A stretch of DNA of 64,000 bases from Bacillota bacterium (GTDB lineage Bacteria; Bacillota; Clostridia; TANB77; CAG-465). A program made the position numbers and the translations under genes. Where the stretch lies: assembly GCA_023460235.1 (NCBI GenBank), contig JAEWRE010000083.1, forward strand, positions 3,012 through 67,011, written 5' to 3'. The number at the start of each line of letters is the position of its first letter. Positions within the stretch are counted from its first letter, which is position 1. Below, piece by piece: positions 27,600 through 39,045 of this stretch. The notes under the pieces are model-generated. The model saw only the letters and a program-made list of their open reading frames with translations. It was not told where the DNA came from and searched no databases.

Positions 27600-29405
27600 A
27601 TGGACAAACAGAAGTATATAAGAAATTTTAGTATAATAGCGCATATTGATCATGGAAAATCAACTCTTGCAGATAGATTAATTCAGATGACAGGTAGTGT
27701 TGATCAAAGAAAGATGCATGAACAATTGCTTGATAATATGGACATTGAAAGAGAAAGAGGTATAACAATTAAATCTCAATCTGTAAGAATGAAATATAGG
27801 GCAAAAGATGGAGAAGAATACATATTAAATTTAATTGACACACCAGGACACGTCGATTTTAATTATGAAGTATCACGTTCTCTTGCAGCATGTGAAGGAG
27901 CTGTACTTGTAGTAGATGCTGCTCAAGGTGTTGAAGCACAGACTCTTGCAAACGTTTATTTAGCACTTGAAAATAATTTGGAAGTTTTACCCGTTATAAA
28001 TAAAGTAGATTTACCGAGTGCAAGACCAGATGAAATAAAAAAAGAAATAGAAGATATAATTGGACTTGATGCAAGTGATGCACCTTGTATATCAGCAAAA
28101 ACTGGTTTAAATGTTGAGGATGTACTTGAAACTGTTGTAAAGAATATACCTTGTCCAAAAGGCAATATTGATGCACCAACTACATGTTTAATATTTGATT
28201 CTATATATGATAACTATAGAGGTGCAGTAGCATTTATTAGAGTTGTAGATGGAAAACTAAAAAAAGGTGATCTTGCTATTACAATGTCAAATAATAAAGA
28301 GTATGACATTGTAGAAATTGGATATTTTAAACCAGGTGAGTTTGCTCAATGTGATGAATTACAAGCAGGTGAAGTTGGATATATATGTGCAAGTATTAAG
28401 AAAGTATCAGACATTAGAGTAGGTGATACTATAACATTAAAATCTAACCCAGCAAAAGTTGCACTTCCAGGTTACAAGGAAGTTAAATCAATGGTTTATG
28501 CTGGTATATTCCCAGCTGATGGAAGTGATTATGAAGAATTAAAAGAAGCTCTTGAAAAACTAAAACTAAATGACGCTTCACTTAATTATGAACTTGAATC
28601 ATCAAGTGCACTTGGACATGGTTTTAGATGTGGTTTTCTTGGACTACTTCATATGGAGATAATTGAAGAACGCTTAGAACGTGAATATGATCTTAATCTA
28701 ATCACAACAGCACCATCAGTTATATATAAAGTGCATAAATCAGACGGTGAAGTAATTGAGTTATATAACCCTTCTGAACTACCATCTACACAAGAAATTT
28801 CATTTATTGAAGAGCCAATAGCTAAAACAGAAATAATAGTACCAAAAGATTATGTTGGAAATGTAATGGAACTTTGTCAAGAAAGAAGAGGCGAATTTGT
28901 AAATATGAAATATATTGATGCAAATCGTGTAAGTCTTGACTACATGCTTCCTTTAAATGAAATTATATATGATTTCTTTAATAGTCTAAAATCAAGAACA
29001 AAAGGTTATGCATCTTTTGATTATGAAATTGAAAAATATCAAAGAGCAAATCTTGTAAAACTAGATATTCTTTTAAATAATGAAATAGTAGACGCACTAT
29101 CTTTCATAGTAAATAGAGAAAAAGCTCCAACACGTGGAAGAAAAATGGCTGAAAAATTAAAAGAAATAATTCCAAGACAATTATTTGAAGTCCCAATACA
29201 AGCTGCAATAGGCGGTAAAGTTGTGGCAAGAGAAACTGTAAAGGCAATGAGAAAAGATGTACTTGCAAAATGCTATGGTGGAGATATAACAAGAAAGAAA
29301 AAGCTTCTTGAAAAACAAAAAGAAGGTAAGAAAAAGATGAGACAGATAGGAAGTGTAGAACTTCCACAAGATGCATTTATGAGTGTTTTAAAGCTTGATG
29401 AATAA
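27600..29405 (+). CDS. lepA: translation elongation factor 4
   Basis: 601 aa. '[20 protein letters not shown]', 'DTPGHVDF', 'NKVDL' G-motifs and the LepA-specific C-terminal region. Confidence 0.95.
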   Translation: MDKQKYIRNFSIIAHIDHGKSTLADRLIQMTGSVDQRKMHEQLLDNMDIERERGITIKSQSVRMKYRAKDGEEYILNLIDTPGHVDFNYEVSRSLAACEGAVLVVDAAQGVEAQTLANVYLALENNLEVLPVINKVDLPSARPDEIKKEIEDIIGLDASDAPCISAKTGLNVEDVLETVVKNIPCPKGNIDAPTTCLIFDSIYDNYRGAVAFIRVVDGKLKKGDLAITMSNNKEYDIVEIGYFKPGEFAQCDELQAGEVGYICASIKKVSDIRVGDTITLKSNPAKVALPGYKEVKSMVYAGIFPADGSDYEELKEALEKLKLNDASLNYELESSSALGHGFRCGFLGLLHMEIIEERLEREYDLNLITTAPSVIYKVHKSDGEVIELYNPSELPSTQEISFIEEPIAKTEIIVPKDYVGNVMELCQERRGEFVNMKYIDANRVSLDYMLPLNEIIYDFFNSLKSRTKGYASFDYEIEKYQRANLVKLDILLNNEIVDALSFIVNREKAPTRGRKMAEKLKEIIPRQLFEVPIQAAIGGKVVARETVKAMRKDVLAKCYGGDITRKKKLLEKQKEGKKKMRQIGSVELPQDAFMSVLKLDE

Positions 29406-29432
29406 TTGTATATTATTTTAGAGGTGTAGTAT

Positions 29433-29963
29433 ATGAAAAAGATAATAGTATTTTTAATTATCGTTGTTTTAGTAATGGCTGTTGTATTTTATGCAATAGA
29501 CTACAACAGAGTAAAAAAGGGTGAGTTACCAAAATTTACATTTAAAACTGAAAGTTACGTATATATGAAAGGAAAAGTGTATGAACACGTAGGACTTTTA
29601 TATAAGATTTTTGATGCAAGAGAAATTAGTGACTATCAAAATGTATATTCAGGAACTATATTTAATAGCGTTAGATCATATTCAATAGTTACAGGAGAGA
29701 CTGTTAGTATTAGAGGTCATGTAACTAATAGAAAAGTTGACGGAAGTATATATGTAAAAACTGATGTTAACAATGAGACGGAATATAACGAAGCTTGGGT
29801 TGAAATTGATAAAGATACTATTATATTAAGAAGATCATCTGGCTTAGTTACAACAGAAGCTAGTCTAAAAGATAGTGCAAGACTAGAGATAGGTTTTAAA
29901 AGTGTAGAAAAAGATAGCTCACCAACAACTGGTGTAGCCAAATTTATAATTATATTAGATTAG
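29433..29963 (+). CDS. hypothetical membrane-anchored protein
   Basis: 176 aa. N-terminal signal/anchor 'MKKIIVFLIIVVLVMAVVFYA'. GAGGTG RBS. Confidence 0.6.
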   Translation: MKKIIVFLIIVVLVMAVVFYAIDYNRVKKGELPKFTFKTESYVYMKGKVYEHVGLLYKIFDAREISDYQNVYSGTIFNSVRSYSIVTGETVSIRGHVTNRKVDGSIYVKTDVNNETEYNEAWVEIDKDTIILRRSSGLVTTEASLKDSARLEIGFKSVEKDSSPTTGVAKFIIILD

Positions 29964-29972
29964 GAGTAAAAA

Positions 29973-30701
29973 ATGAGTTTAATTTATGGAAAAAATCCAG
30001 TTACAGAAGCAATTCTTGCTGGTAAAACAATAAACAAGATATATTTTCAAAGATCAAATAAAGAGCTATATGAAACTATAAAACTTGCTAAAGATAATAG
30101 AATAGTAGTAGTAGAAGCAGATAAACAAAAATTAGATAAGATGGTTGAATTTCAAAATTCTCAAGGCATAGTTGCAAGTGTAACTGAGTATGAATATTTT
30201 GAAATTGACGATATACTTGAATATGCAAAAGAAAAGAATGAACCACCATTTATCCTTGTACTTGATAAAATTGAGGATCCACATAACTTAGGCGCAATAA
30301 TTCGTAGTGCTGAATGTATGGGAGTTCATGGTATAATAATTCAAAAAAGAAATGCTTGTCAAGTTACAGATACAGTTGAAAAGGTTGCGGCTGGTGCAAC
30401 TCAGTATGTTAGAATTGCAAGGGTTACAAATATAACTGAAAGTATAAAGAAGTTAAAAGATAATGGGCTTTGGATATATGGACTTGATATGGAAGGTTCA
30501 GAAACAATATATAAAACTAAATTTGATGGTGCAATAGGAATAGTAATTGGTAATGAAGGTGATGGAATATCAAGACTTGTTAGAGAAAACTGTGACTTTA
30601 TTGTAAATATTCCTATGAGTGGTAATATAAATTCACTTAATGCATCAGTATCTGCTGCAATTTCAATATATGAAGTTGGCAGACAAAAAGCAATGAAATA
30701 G
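29973..30701 (+). CDS. rlmB: TrmH/SpoU-family 23S rRNA (guanosine-2'-O)-methyltransferase
   Basis: 242 aa. SPOUT motifs 'LDKIEDPHNLGAIIRSA', 'IVIGNEGDGISR' and 'SLNASVSAAISIYE'. Confidence 0.85.
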   Translation: MSLIYGKNPVTEAILAGKTINKIYFQRSNKELYETIKLAKDNRIVVVEADKQKLDKMVEFQNSQGIVASVTEYEYFEIDDILEYAKEKNEPPFILVLDKIEDPHNLGAIIRSAECMGVHGIIIQKRNACQVTDTVEKVAAGATQYVRIARVTNITESIKKLKDNGLWIYGLDMEGSETIYKTKFDGAIGIVIGNEGDGISRLVRENCDFIVNIPMSGNINSLNASVSAAISIYEVGRQKAMK

Positions 30702-30949
30702 TTAAAAATATAGTGAATGCTTTAAATTTAGTATTCACTTTTTTATAACATAAATAGTTTAAATTTTTGTTAATATGTTTTTATGATTTATGTTTAAATT
30801 ATAAAATTGAATTTAGTAATGATGAAAGTACTGAAATTTTCTTTGATTATTATTTTAAATATATTCAAGAGTAATACTTGTTTTAACTTTACATAATTTT
30901 ATTGATTTTTATAGTTCTTCATGTTAAAATATATATATGGTGAAAAAAA

Positions 30950-33292
30950 ATGATTGAGACAAAAAATAATAATATAGAATTACTTGCTCCTGCTGGAAAT
31001 TACAACAGTTTTATTGCTGCGTGTAAATCTGGAGCAAATGCAATATATATGGGAATAGATAAATTTAATGCAAGAGTAATGGCAGAGAACTTAACAATAG
31101 ATAAGTATATTGAGTGTATTGAATATGCTCATTTAAGAGATGTTAAAGTATATCTTACATTAAATACATTGCTATATGATAATGAAATAAATGAAGCATT
31201 AGAATTAGCGTATAAACTGTATTTAAATGGACTTGATGCAGTTATAGTACAAGATATGGGGATAGCTAGTTTAATACATGAATTAATACCAAATTTGGAC
31301 CTACACGCTAGCACTCAAATGAGTGCATATAATTTAGAACAAGTAAGTGTGTTAAAAGATATGGGATTTAAAAGAGTAGTTCTTGCAAGAGAATTGAGTA
31401 TCAATGAAATTGAATACATATGTAAAAATACAGATGTTGAGATTGAAGTGTTTGTACATGGCGCACTTTGTGTTTCATTTTCTGGACAATGTTTACTTAG
31501 TTCAACAATAGGTGATAGGAGTGCTAATAGAGGAAGCTGTGCTCAACCTTGTAGAATGAAGTATAGGTTATATGATAAAGGAAGTAAAAAGCTACTATCA
31601 AGAGATGCATATTTATTAAGTAAGAAAGATATATTTGGATTTGAGCATTTAGAAAATCTAATAAATATTGGTGTTACATCACTTAAAATAGAAGGAAGAA
31701 ATAAAAATCCTGAGTATGTCGCAAACACAGTAACTAATTATAGAAAGAAAATTGATAGCATAATTTTAGGAAATAATTTTGATACTAATATAGCAAAAAA
31801 AGAATTAGAACAAATGTTTAATAGAGATGGACTGAGTTATGGATATTTTGAGGGTACAGATTATAGAAATAGCATAACAGAACTTTCTCCCAAAAATACA
31901 GGTATTTATCTTGGTAAAGTTATTGAAAAGAAGAATAAATTTATAAAACTAAAACTGGAAGAAGATATAGACTTGCATGATGGTATAGAAATTTATTCAG
32001 AAGATAAAGTAGTATCAACTATTGTTACATGTATAAAAGATAATAATGGGAAGATAGTTAATGAAAATGTTAGAAAAGGCAGCTATGTATATATTGGAGA
32101 TATAAATAGTAGTGTAAGTGAAAATGATTTAGTATATAAAACATCAAGCAATAAATTAAATGAGAAGTATAGAAATATTGAAGATAAGTATAAGCCACAA
32201 ATTCTTCTAAAAGTTATAATAAAACAAGATTTGAATATTAGTACTATAGCAAGATTTGAAGAACAAGAAATAATTACAGATATTGAATATGTACCACAAA
32301 TTGCAAATTCTAAATCTATAAATGAAGATACTATAATTGAATGTTTTTCTAAAACAAAAGATGAATTATTTGATTTTAATGTTAAAGAATGCATTATTGA
32401 TAACAATCTATTTGTTCCAGTATCAGCTATGAATGATTTAAGAAGAAAAACAGTACAAAATATTATTTTAAGAATTAAAGAAAAAAATAAAATTTGTAGT
32501 GATAATGAAATAAAGGAACTAGTAGATAATTTTATTAATTCAAAAGAATTAGAAATTAAAAATAATAATATAAATAGAGAAAAATACAATTCACTTTTTA
32601 TATATGATTATAATAATGTTATTGATTACATTGAACTATATAATAAAAAATACAATAAAGATCTTCAGGTTATATATATAAATATATCGGCTTTTATGAA
32701 ATATGAAAAAGAGATATTTGAAAAATACTTAAATAAAGTCAAAATATACATACATATTCCAAATGTATTTTTTAGTAATTTACATAATTATATTAAAAAT
32801 AACTTAGATAGATTAGTTTCAAATGGAATAAGTGGCGTATTAGTAGGAAATTTAACTTTTATTAATGAATTAAATGTTTTAAAGAATAAATACAGTATTA
32901 ATCTAATTGCTGATTATTCTTTGAATATAACAAACATATACAGTGCAAAAAAATATGCGGATATAGGTTTTGATAAAATCACTATACTTCCAGAAACAAG
33001 TATTGAAAGCATAGTTAATATATCAAAATACTTTAATAGTGAAGCAATTGATGACTATATTACGGTTATGACTTCAAGATATTGTATGATAGGTAGCTTT
33101 GTAGCAAATAGAAATATAGGTGAAAAATGCAGCATGCCATGCATAAAAAACAACTATGTTATAAAAGATAGCTATAATGAGAATCATGAAATAATATTAG
33201 ATAATATTGACTGTATTATGAGAATAGTCAAAAAATATAATAATAAAGTAGGAGATGGATATAATTTAAACATTAGAAACTATATACTATAA
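30950..33292 (+). CDS. peptidase U32 family protein (long form)
   Basis: 780 aa. U32 signature region 'EIEVFVHGALCVSFSGQCLLSS...RSANRGSCAQPCR'. Confidence 0.85.
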   Translation: MIETKNNNIELLAPAGNYNSFIAACKSGANAIYMGIDKFNARVMAENLTIDKYIECIEYAHLRDVKVYLTLNTLLYDNEINEALELAYKLYLNGLDAVIVQDMGIASLIHELIPNLDLHASTQMSAYNLEQVSVLKDMGFKRVVLARELSINEIEYICKNTDVEIEVFVHGALCVSFSGQCLLSSTIGDRSANRGSCAQPCRMKYRLYDKGSKKLLSRDAYLLSKKDIFGFEHLENLINIGVTSLKIEGRNKNPEYVANTVTNYRKKIDSIILGNNFDTNIAKKELEQMFNRDGLSYGYFEGTDYRNSITELSPKNTGIYLGKVIEKKNKFIKLKLEEDIDLHDGIEIYSEDKVVSTIVTCIKDNNGKIVNENVRKGSYVYIGDINSSVSENDLVYKTSSNKLNEKYRNIEDKYKPQILLKVIIKQDLNISTIARFEEQEIITDIEYVPQIANSKSINEDTIIECFSKTKDELFDFNVKECIIDNNLFVPVSAMNDLRRKTVQNIILRIKEKNKICSDNEIKELVDNFINSKELEIKNNNINREKYNSLFIYDYNNVIDYIELYNKKYNKDLQVIYINISAFMKYEKEIFEKYLNKVKIYIHIPNVFFSNLHNYIKNNLDRLVSNGISGVLVGNLTFINELNVLKNKYSINLIADYSLNITNIYSAKKYADIGFDKITILPETSIESIVNISKYFNSEAIDDYITVMTSRYCMIGSFVANRNIGEKCSMPCIKNNYVIKDSYNENHEIILDNIDCIMRIVKKYNNKVGDGYNLNIRNYIL

Positions 33293-33301
33293 AATATAAA
33301 A

Positions 33302-33344
33302 AACCTGAGATAACACCTGGAATTTTCCAGGATTATCTCAGGTT
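33302..33344. terminator. bidirectional terminator hairpin between convergent genes
   Basis: AACCTGAGATAA (33302-33313) pairs with TTATCTCAGGTT (33333-33344). There is an inner CCTGG/CCAGG stem. A-run on the left and T-run on the right. Confidence 0.7.
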
Positions 33345-33348
33345 AATT

Positions 33349-33537
33349 TTATTCTGTAACTTCTGATTTATTGCCACCACGAGGAATTTTAATTGTTTTT
33401 CTTCTTGAAGAGAAACTGGTGTTAGGTACTTTGCCCGCTAAACAATAATAATTTCTTTTTGAAAAAACAATTTTTTCATTTCGATCTAAATTTGGATCAT
33501 AAGTTTGGTCATGAGACCTCCAATAGCCTTTTTTCAA
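33349..33537 (-). CDS. small basic hypothetical protein
   Basis: 62 aa with TTG start. A perfect AGGAGGA lies 7 nt upstream on the - strand. Confidence 0.5.
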   Translation of the reverse strand: MKKGYWRSHDQTYDPNLDRNEKIVFSKRNYYCLAGKVPNTSFSSRRKTIKIPRGGNKSEVTE

Positions 33538-33708
33538 ATGTTAATCCTCCTATTAGAATATTTATAGTAAATAAAATTAATACCTAAATAAATTAAAATA
33601 AAAAACAATATCCGTAATAATTATACAGTTGAACAATGAAAAAATAATACTAATTATAATACATTATATTATAATTGTAAATAAAATCGTATAAATTTTC
33701 TACAAATA

Positions 33709-33737
33709 TTGACATATAAAAACAAAGGTAATATAAT
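33709..33737 (+). promoter_or_regulatory. consensus sigma-A promoter
   Basis: TTGACA (33709-33714), 17 nt, TATAAT (33732-33737). Confidence 0.6.
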
Positions 33738-33794
33738 CTAGGTAAGTAATAAATATTTATAACTTATTATTAATATTTTATGAGGAGGACCTTT

Positions 33795-34337
33795 ATGGGA
33801 ACTTTATATCTTTTACAATGTGGGGAAACAAAAGGTGAACGGGATAAAGTACTTCAAGGATCAACTATTTCATACTTAACTGATAATGGGTATGATCAAG
33901 CTCATTACTTTAAAGATGCTCTATCGGGAATTGATATTAAAACTATTTTCTTCGCATCAACGACTAGTTGCAGAGATACAGCAAATATTATAGCTGAAGG
34001 GCGAAAAATCAAATTAATACCTGAAAATAGCATAATGTCGATATATTTTGGCAGATATGAGAATAAGAAGAATGTAACTACTAATGAGTTAGCTCATATT
34101 TTTAGTTATGAAGAAAATGATAATTTTGGAGAAAGTTTTTCTGATTTTGTTAATCGTATTAGAAATACTCTTCTAAAATATCAAGGGGAGGATAAGATTG
34201 TAATTGTTGCAAATTCATATGCATTTATAGTACTTAAAGCATTACTACGTAAAGATGAAGTACCGATCTCATCTGACTTTGTTATGAAACTTATAGACAC
34301 AACTGGCAGAGATGCTGTACTTTCATTTAATATTTAA
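33795..34337 (+). CDS. histidine-phosphatase-fold protein lacking both catalytic histidines
   Basis: GAGGAGG at 33782-33788, then ATG 33795. 'LYLLQCGETKGERDKVLQG' replaces the RHGET motif. 'IVIVANSYAF' replaces the distal SHG motif. Confidence 0.65.
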   Translation: MGTLYLLQCGETKGERDKVLQGSTISYLTDNGYDQAHYFKDALSGIDIKTIFFASTTSCRDTANIIAEGRKIKLIPENSIMSIYFGRYENKKNVTTNELAHIFSYEENDNFGESFSDFVNRIRNTLLKYQGEDKIVIVANSYAFIVLKALLRKDEVPISSDFVMKLIDTTGRDAVLSFNI

Positions 34338-34422
34338 TTTTATGAAAAAAAGGTTACTATTTTGTGGTAATCTTTTTTCTATTATATCATCATAATAATA
34401 ATACATTGTAGTTCACATAAAA

Positions 34423-34451
34423 TTGACAAAAAAATTAGATTATGATATAAT
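34423..34451 (+). promoter_or_regulatory. consensus sigma-A promoter
   Basis: TTGACA (34423-34428), 17 nt, TGaTATAAT (34443-34451). Confidence 0.6.
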
Positions 34452-34519
34452 TAAAATAAGAAAAGTGAATTTTGTTTTCTTTAATAATTGAAGAAAAATA
34501 AAAAATCGGAGGAGTATAT

Positions 34520-34885
34520 ATGGAAAGATACATTTCAGAGTTTTATGATGCAGAAAATGATTATGTTATTGCTAGCGGAGTTTTAAAAGTTAGTTACCCC
34601 TATCGTATATTTGAATTCTTTGCAGAAAAAACGCTAGAGCAGTTAAAGCTCCCCAAAATTGATGGAGCTTACAAAAATGAATTTACTGTTTCCAACAAAA
34701 AAATTGTTTGCACTTATGAAAGTGTATCTGGATATGTTCCAATAAAAAATTTCACAGGTACAATTGTAGGGACTAACATTGAGTTTTCTGCAACTCAAGT
34801 TGGAGAGTGGAATTATATACTTAATTTCTGTGGACATCCTGAAGAAGTGGATAACATTTTAAAAAAATTAAAAATTTCACTTTAA
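34520..34885 (+). CDS. hypothetical protein
   Basis: 121 aa with GGAGGAG RBS. Has its own promoter and terminator. No family recognised. Confidence 0.55.
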   Translation: MERYISEFYDAENDYVIASGVLKVSYPYRIFEFFAEKTLEQLKLPKIDGAYKNEFTVSNKKIVCTYESVSGYVPIKNFTGTIVGTNIEFSATQVGEWNYILNFCGHPEEVDNILKKLKISL

Positions 34886-34893
34886 GAATGTCA

Positions 34894-34930
34894 AAAAACT
34901 CGCAATTAATTTGCGAGTTTTCATTTATTT
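34894..34930 (+). terminator. rho-independent terminator
   Basis: AAAACTCGCAA (34894-34904) pairs with TTGCGAGTTTT (34910-34920), followed by a T-rich tail. Confidence 0.7.
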
Positions 34931-35216
34931 TTATAATTAAAATAAAAAATATTTAATGAAAATTTATGTAAGACAAACTATGCTTTAAATAGTATATTTT
35001 GTCTTTTTATTTTTATTTAATAAAAACTATTGCTTATTAATATATTTTATTATATAATTTAATTGATATATTTTAATTTATGTAATATATATCATTGCAT
35101 TATGAAGAAAATACAAAATAAATTCTAAATAATGGATTTAATTGAATTAAACATTACAGATTATATATTTTGATATAATTTTGTACATTGAAAATTAAAT
35201 ATTGGAGGGAGTAAAT

Positions 35217-36764
35217 ATGTCATTAACGATACTATGTTCTGCTATCGCGTTTTTACTTGGTTCTCTTGTTTTCTTTTTTATTGGAGTACAATATAGAAAA
35301 AGAGTTGCAGAGGCTAAAGTAAGATCAGCTGAAGAGCAGGCAGAAAAAATAATTGAAGATAGTAAAAAAGATGCTGAACGTCTTAAAAAGGAAGCCATTT
35401 TACAAGCAAAAGATGAAATGATTATCCAAAAAGACGATTTTGAAAAAGAAGCAAGAATTAGAAAAAAAGAATTACAAGATGTTGAAAATAGAATTAATCA
35501 AAGACAAGATCTTGTAGATAAAAGAGCAGCTTTGATTGAAGAAAAAGAAAATAACATTATAAGAAAAAGTGAAGAAATCATACAAAAAGAAAAAGAACTT
35601 CAAAAAGCTCATGAAAGAGAAATGGAAAAATTAAGTGAAATTTCTAAAATGACAGTTGATGAAGCTAAATCTGCTATAATGGATAATCTTGAAAATGATA
35701 TGAGGTCTGAAATGGCTGAATATATAAAATCTGAGCAAGAAAAAGCAAAAGAAGAAGTTGAGAAAAAAGCAAAAGAAATTTTAGTTGGTGCTATTCAAAG
35801 ATGTGCTACTGACCATACTTCTGAAGCTACAGTAACAGTTGTTTCATTACCTAATGATGATCTAAAAGGTAGAATTATAGGTAGAGAAGGAAGAAATATA
35901 AAAACTATTGAAACACTTACTGGTATTGACTTAATTATTGATGATACACCTGATGTAATTGTATTATCAAGTTTTGATCCTATAAGAAGAGAAGTAGCAA
36001 GAATTGCTATTGAAAGACTTATAGCTGATGGAAGAATTCATCCAGGTAAAATTGAAGAAATGATTGAAAAAGCAAAAGTTGAAGTAGAAAACACTATAAA
36101 AGAGGAAGGCGAGAGAGCTCTATATGAAACTGGAGTTGTAAATTTACATCCAGAACTTATTAAGCTTCTTGGTAAACTTAGATATAGAACAAGCTATGGA
36201 CAAAATGTTTTAAATCATTCAATTGAAGTTTCAAATATTGCTGGTACACTTGCTGTTGAACTTGGACTTGATCCAACAGTAGCAAAAAGAGCAGGATTAC
36301 TTCATGATATAGGTAAATCTTTTGATCATGATGTTGAAGGAACACATGTAAGCTTAGGTATTGAACTTTTAAGAAAATACAAAGAAAAAGATGAAATTAT
36401 ATGGGGTATGGAAGCACATCATGGTGATACAGATCCTAAAACTATTGAAGCAATACTTGTTCAAGCTGCAGATATAGTTTCTGCATCAAGACCTGGCGCA
36501 CGTAAAGAAACTGTTAGCACATATATCAAGAGATTACAAAAACTTGAAGAAATATGTAATTCATATGATGGAGTTGATAAATCATATGCAATACAAGCAG
36601 GAAGAGAAATTAGAATTATTGTTAAACCAGATCAAGTTGATGATTCCTCAATGATAATACTAGCTAGAAAAGTAGCAAAACAAATTCAAGATGAAATGGT
36701 ATATCCAGGACAAATTAAAGTTAATGTTATTCGCGAAATGAGAGCTATTGAACTTGCAAAATAA
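35217..36764 (+). CDS. rny: ribonuclease Y
   Basis: GGAGGGA RBS, then ATG 35217. N-terminal TM helix, long charged coiled coil, KH domain ('[28 protein letters not shown]') and HD domain ('LLHDIGK...AHHGD'). Confidence 0.93.
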   Translation: MSLTILCSAIAFLLGSLVFFFIGVQYRKRVAEAKVRSAEEQAEKIIEDSKKDAERLKKEAILQAKDEMIIQKDDFEKEARIRKKELQDVENRINQRQDLVDKRAALIEEKENNIIRKSEEIIQKEKELQKAHEREMEKLSEISKMTVDEAKSAIMDNLENDMRSEMAEYIKSEQEKAKEEVEKKAKEILVGAIQRCATDHTSEATVTVVSLPNDDLKGRIIGREGRNIKTIETLTGIDLIIDDTPDVIVLSSFDPIRREVARIAIERLIADGRIHPGKIEEMIEKAKVEVENTIKEEGERALYETGVVNLHPELIKLLGKLRYRTSYGQNVLNHSIEVSNIAGTLAVELGLDPTVAKRAGLLHDIGKSFDHDVEGTHVSLGIELLRKYKEKDEIIWGMEAHHGDTDPKTIEAILVQAADIVSASRPGARKETVSTYIKRLQKLEEICNSYDGVDKSYAIQAGREIRIIVKPDQVDDSSMIILARKVAKQIQDEMVYPGQIKVNVIREMRAIELAK

Positions 36765-36766
36765 TA

Positions 36767-36808
36767 AAAAGAATGTATAAAGTAAAATTTATACATTCTT
36801 TTTTTGTT
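36767..36808 (+). terminator. rho-independent terminator of rny
   Basis: 14-bp stem AAAAGAATGTATAA pairs with TTATACATTCTTTT, followed by a T-run. Confidence 0.75.
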
Positions 36809-36874
36809 TTTTATTTAAATTAATATTGTATAAATTTGGTAAAATTTACAAATAATAAATTTAGGGTGATGATA

Positions 36875-37855
36875 ATGAAAATAGGAATACCAAGAGCGCT
36901 TGCAACATATGAGTATCCAATACTTTATACTAAATTCTTTGAGTTATTAAAAATTGATATAATCTTAAGTGATGATACAGATAGAGAAATACTTAATGAA
37001 GGAATATTGAAATCTATAGATGAAAGTTGCCTTGCAAGCAAAGTATTTATTGGTCATGTTGATGCTTTAGCAAAAAGAAATGATTTAGATTATATATTCA
37101 TTCCTAGAATTTGTACTTTTACTAAAACCGATACAGTATGTGTGAAGTTTTATGCGATGTATGATATATGTAAAAATATTTTTCCTAATTCAAAATTTGT
37201 AACTTTAAATATTGATTATTTAAAAGGAGAAAATGAGTTCAAAGCTTTTGTTAAATTAGGAAAAAAACTAGGTAAAAGATATAGTGATATTGTTATTGCA
37301 TATTTAAAGGCAAAACAAATGCAAAGAGCATACGACTATAAAAAGTTAGAAGAGCAAATTAAAAGAATAAATAATTCTGAAAATAAAAATAATATATTAA
37401 TTGTTTCACACAGATATATATCACATGATAAATATATGGGTTATCCAGTAATAAAATATTTAAAAGACCAAAATATAAACATTATTTATGCAGGTATCAA
37501 TGATATAACTACTAAAAAGAGTATTAGAAAAATAAGAAGGAATTCTAAAAATATTGGATATGAAAATATATCAAAAAATATTTATTGGAAATATAGTAAA
37601 GATTTATTAAACGGCGTTGATCAATATTTAGATAAAGTTGATGGAATAATATACCTATCGGTATTTCCTTGTGGACCTGATTCACTTGTAAACGAACTTG
37701 CAATTAGAAAGATAACTTCAAAACCTAGCCTAAATATTATAATAGATGAACAAGATTCAAATACTGGACTGTACACAAGACTTGAAAGTTTTATCGATAT
37801 ATTAGAACAACTAAAACTAAAATCTTCAGATAAATTAGAAGAAAGTGTGGTGTAA
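36875..37855 (+). CDS. acyl-CoA dehydratase activase-related protein (DUF2229-type)
   Basis: Begins 'MKIGIPRALATYEYPILYTKFFELL...', the characteristic N-terminus of this family. First of a three-gene cluster. Confidence 0.7.
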   Translation: MKIGIPRALATYEYPILYTKFFELLKIDIILSDDTDREILNEGILKSIDESCLASKVFIGHVDALAKRNDLDYIFIPRICTFTKTDTVCVKFYAMYDICKNIFPNSKFVTLNIDYLKGENEFKAFVKLGKKLGKRYSDIVIAYLKAKQMQRAYDYKKLEEQIKRINNSENKNNILIVSHRYISHDKYMGYPVIKYLKDQNINIIYAGINDITTKKSIRKIRRNSKNIGYENISKNIYWKYSKDLLNGVDQYLDKVDGIIYLSVFPCGPDSLVNELAIRKITSKPSLNIIIDEQDSNTGLYTRLESFIDILEQLKLKSSDKLEESVV

Positions 37856-37860
37856 TTTAA

Positions 37861-39045
37861 ATGGATAAAAAATATAGAGTTAGTTTTCCTCATATGGGAA
37901 ACTATTATGTACCTATATATAACTTATTATCAAATTTAATTGATAGCAATACGACTGAGATAATAATACCTAAAAAAATAACTAAGAATACCATTGAAGA
38001 AGGTAGCAATAATAGTCCGGATTTTGTATGTGTACCTTTCAAATATAATATGGGAAATTTTATTGAATCATTAAAAGCAGGAGCTAATGTTCTAATACAA
38101 GCAGGTGGTGGTTGTAGATATGGCTATTATGCTGAAGTTCAAGAACAAATATTAAAAGATATGGGATATGATTTCTTGTATATTTCACTACTTGATGCAA
38201 AAGGTGTTGATGCTTTTAAAGTGTATAACAAATTTAAAATAATAAACCCTAAATTAAAATTTAGTAAGTTTATATATCGTTTTTTACTAACTATAAAATT
38301 ACTTGGACTTTTAGATGAATTTGAAAGCTATGTACGTGAAAACATGGTGTATGAAAAGAATAAAGGTGAATTTGAAAAATTACACCAAGAACTTCTTGAA
38401 GAATTAAAAAATATAAAAAATATTGCTCATTTTGAAAAAGTCAAAAAGGAATATATGCAAAAAGTTCATAGTATTAAATTAAAGAAGACTAATACATTAA
38501 AAATTGGTGTTGTTGGAGAGTTGTATACTTCAATGGAACCGTTTGCTAGTTTTTTCCTTGAAAAGGAACTTGCAGATTATGGAGTTAAAGTAAAAAGGTA
38601 TACAACAGTTACATATCTTCTTTTTGAAAAGGGAAAGGCACAAAAAAAGTTATTAAAAGATGCAAATGAATATATATCTTATCAAATTGGTGCAGACGGA
38701 ACAGAAAGTGTTGCTCATACATTAGAGTTAATTAATATGGGTTACGATGGTATAATTCATATAAAACCATTTGGGTGTACTCCAGAAGTAAATGCAATGC
38801 CTATATTACAAAGAATAAGTTTAGAAAAAGACATTCCAATTATGTTTCTTACTTTTGATTCTCAGACAAGTGAAACTGGAGTAAAAACAAGAATTGAAGC
38901 CTTTTATGATATGTTAAAAATGAAAAAAGAAGAAAAAAATAAAATAGAAGAGGAAGAATTTCAAGTAGCAATATTTAAAGACGGAAATAAAATAGTTGAG
39001 ATATCACCTAAAAAATTAGTGGAGGTTGGAGGTAATAATGGATAA
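37861..39045 (+). CDS. CoA-activase-associated protein (DUF2229-type)
   Basis: 394 aa. 'FPHMGNYYVPIYNLL...PDFVCVPFKYNMGNFIESL...GGGCRYGYY' and 'IKPFGCTPE' are typical of this family. Confidence 0.7.
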   Translation: MDKKYRVSFPHMGNYYVPIYNLLSNLIDSNTTEIIIPKKITKNTIEEGSNNSPDFVCVPFKYNMGNFIESLKAGANVLIQAGGGCRYGYYAEVQEQILKDMGYDFLYISLLDAKGVDAFKVYNKFKIINPKLKFSKFIYRFLLTIKLLGLLDEFESYVRENMVYEKNKGEFEKLHQELLEELKNIKNIAHFEKVKKEYMQKVHSIKLKKTNTLKIGVVGELYTSMEPFASFFLEKELADYGVKVKRYTTVTYLLFEKGKAQKKLLKDANEYISYQIGADGTESVAHTLELINMGYDGIIHIKPFGCTPEVNAMPILQRISLEKDIPIMFLTFDSQTSETGVKTRIEAFYDMLKMKKEEKNKIEEEEFQVAIFKDGNKIVEISPKKLVEVGGNNG

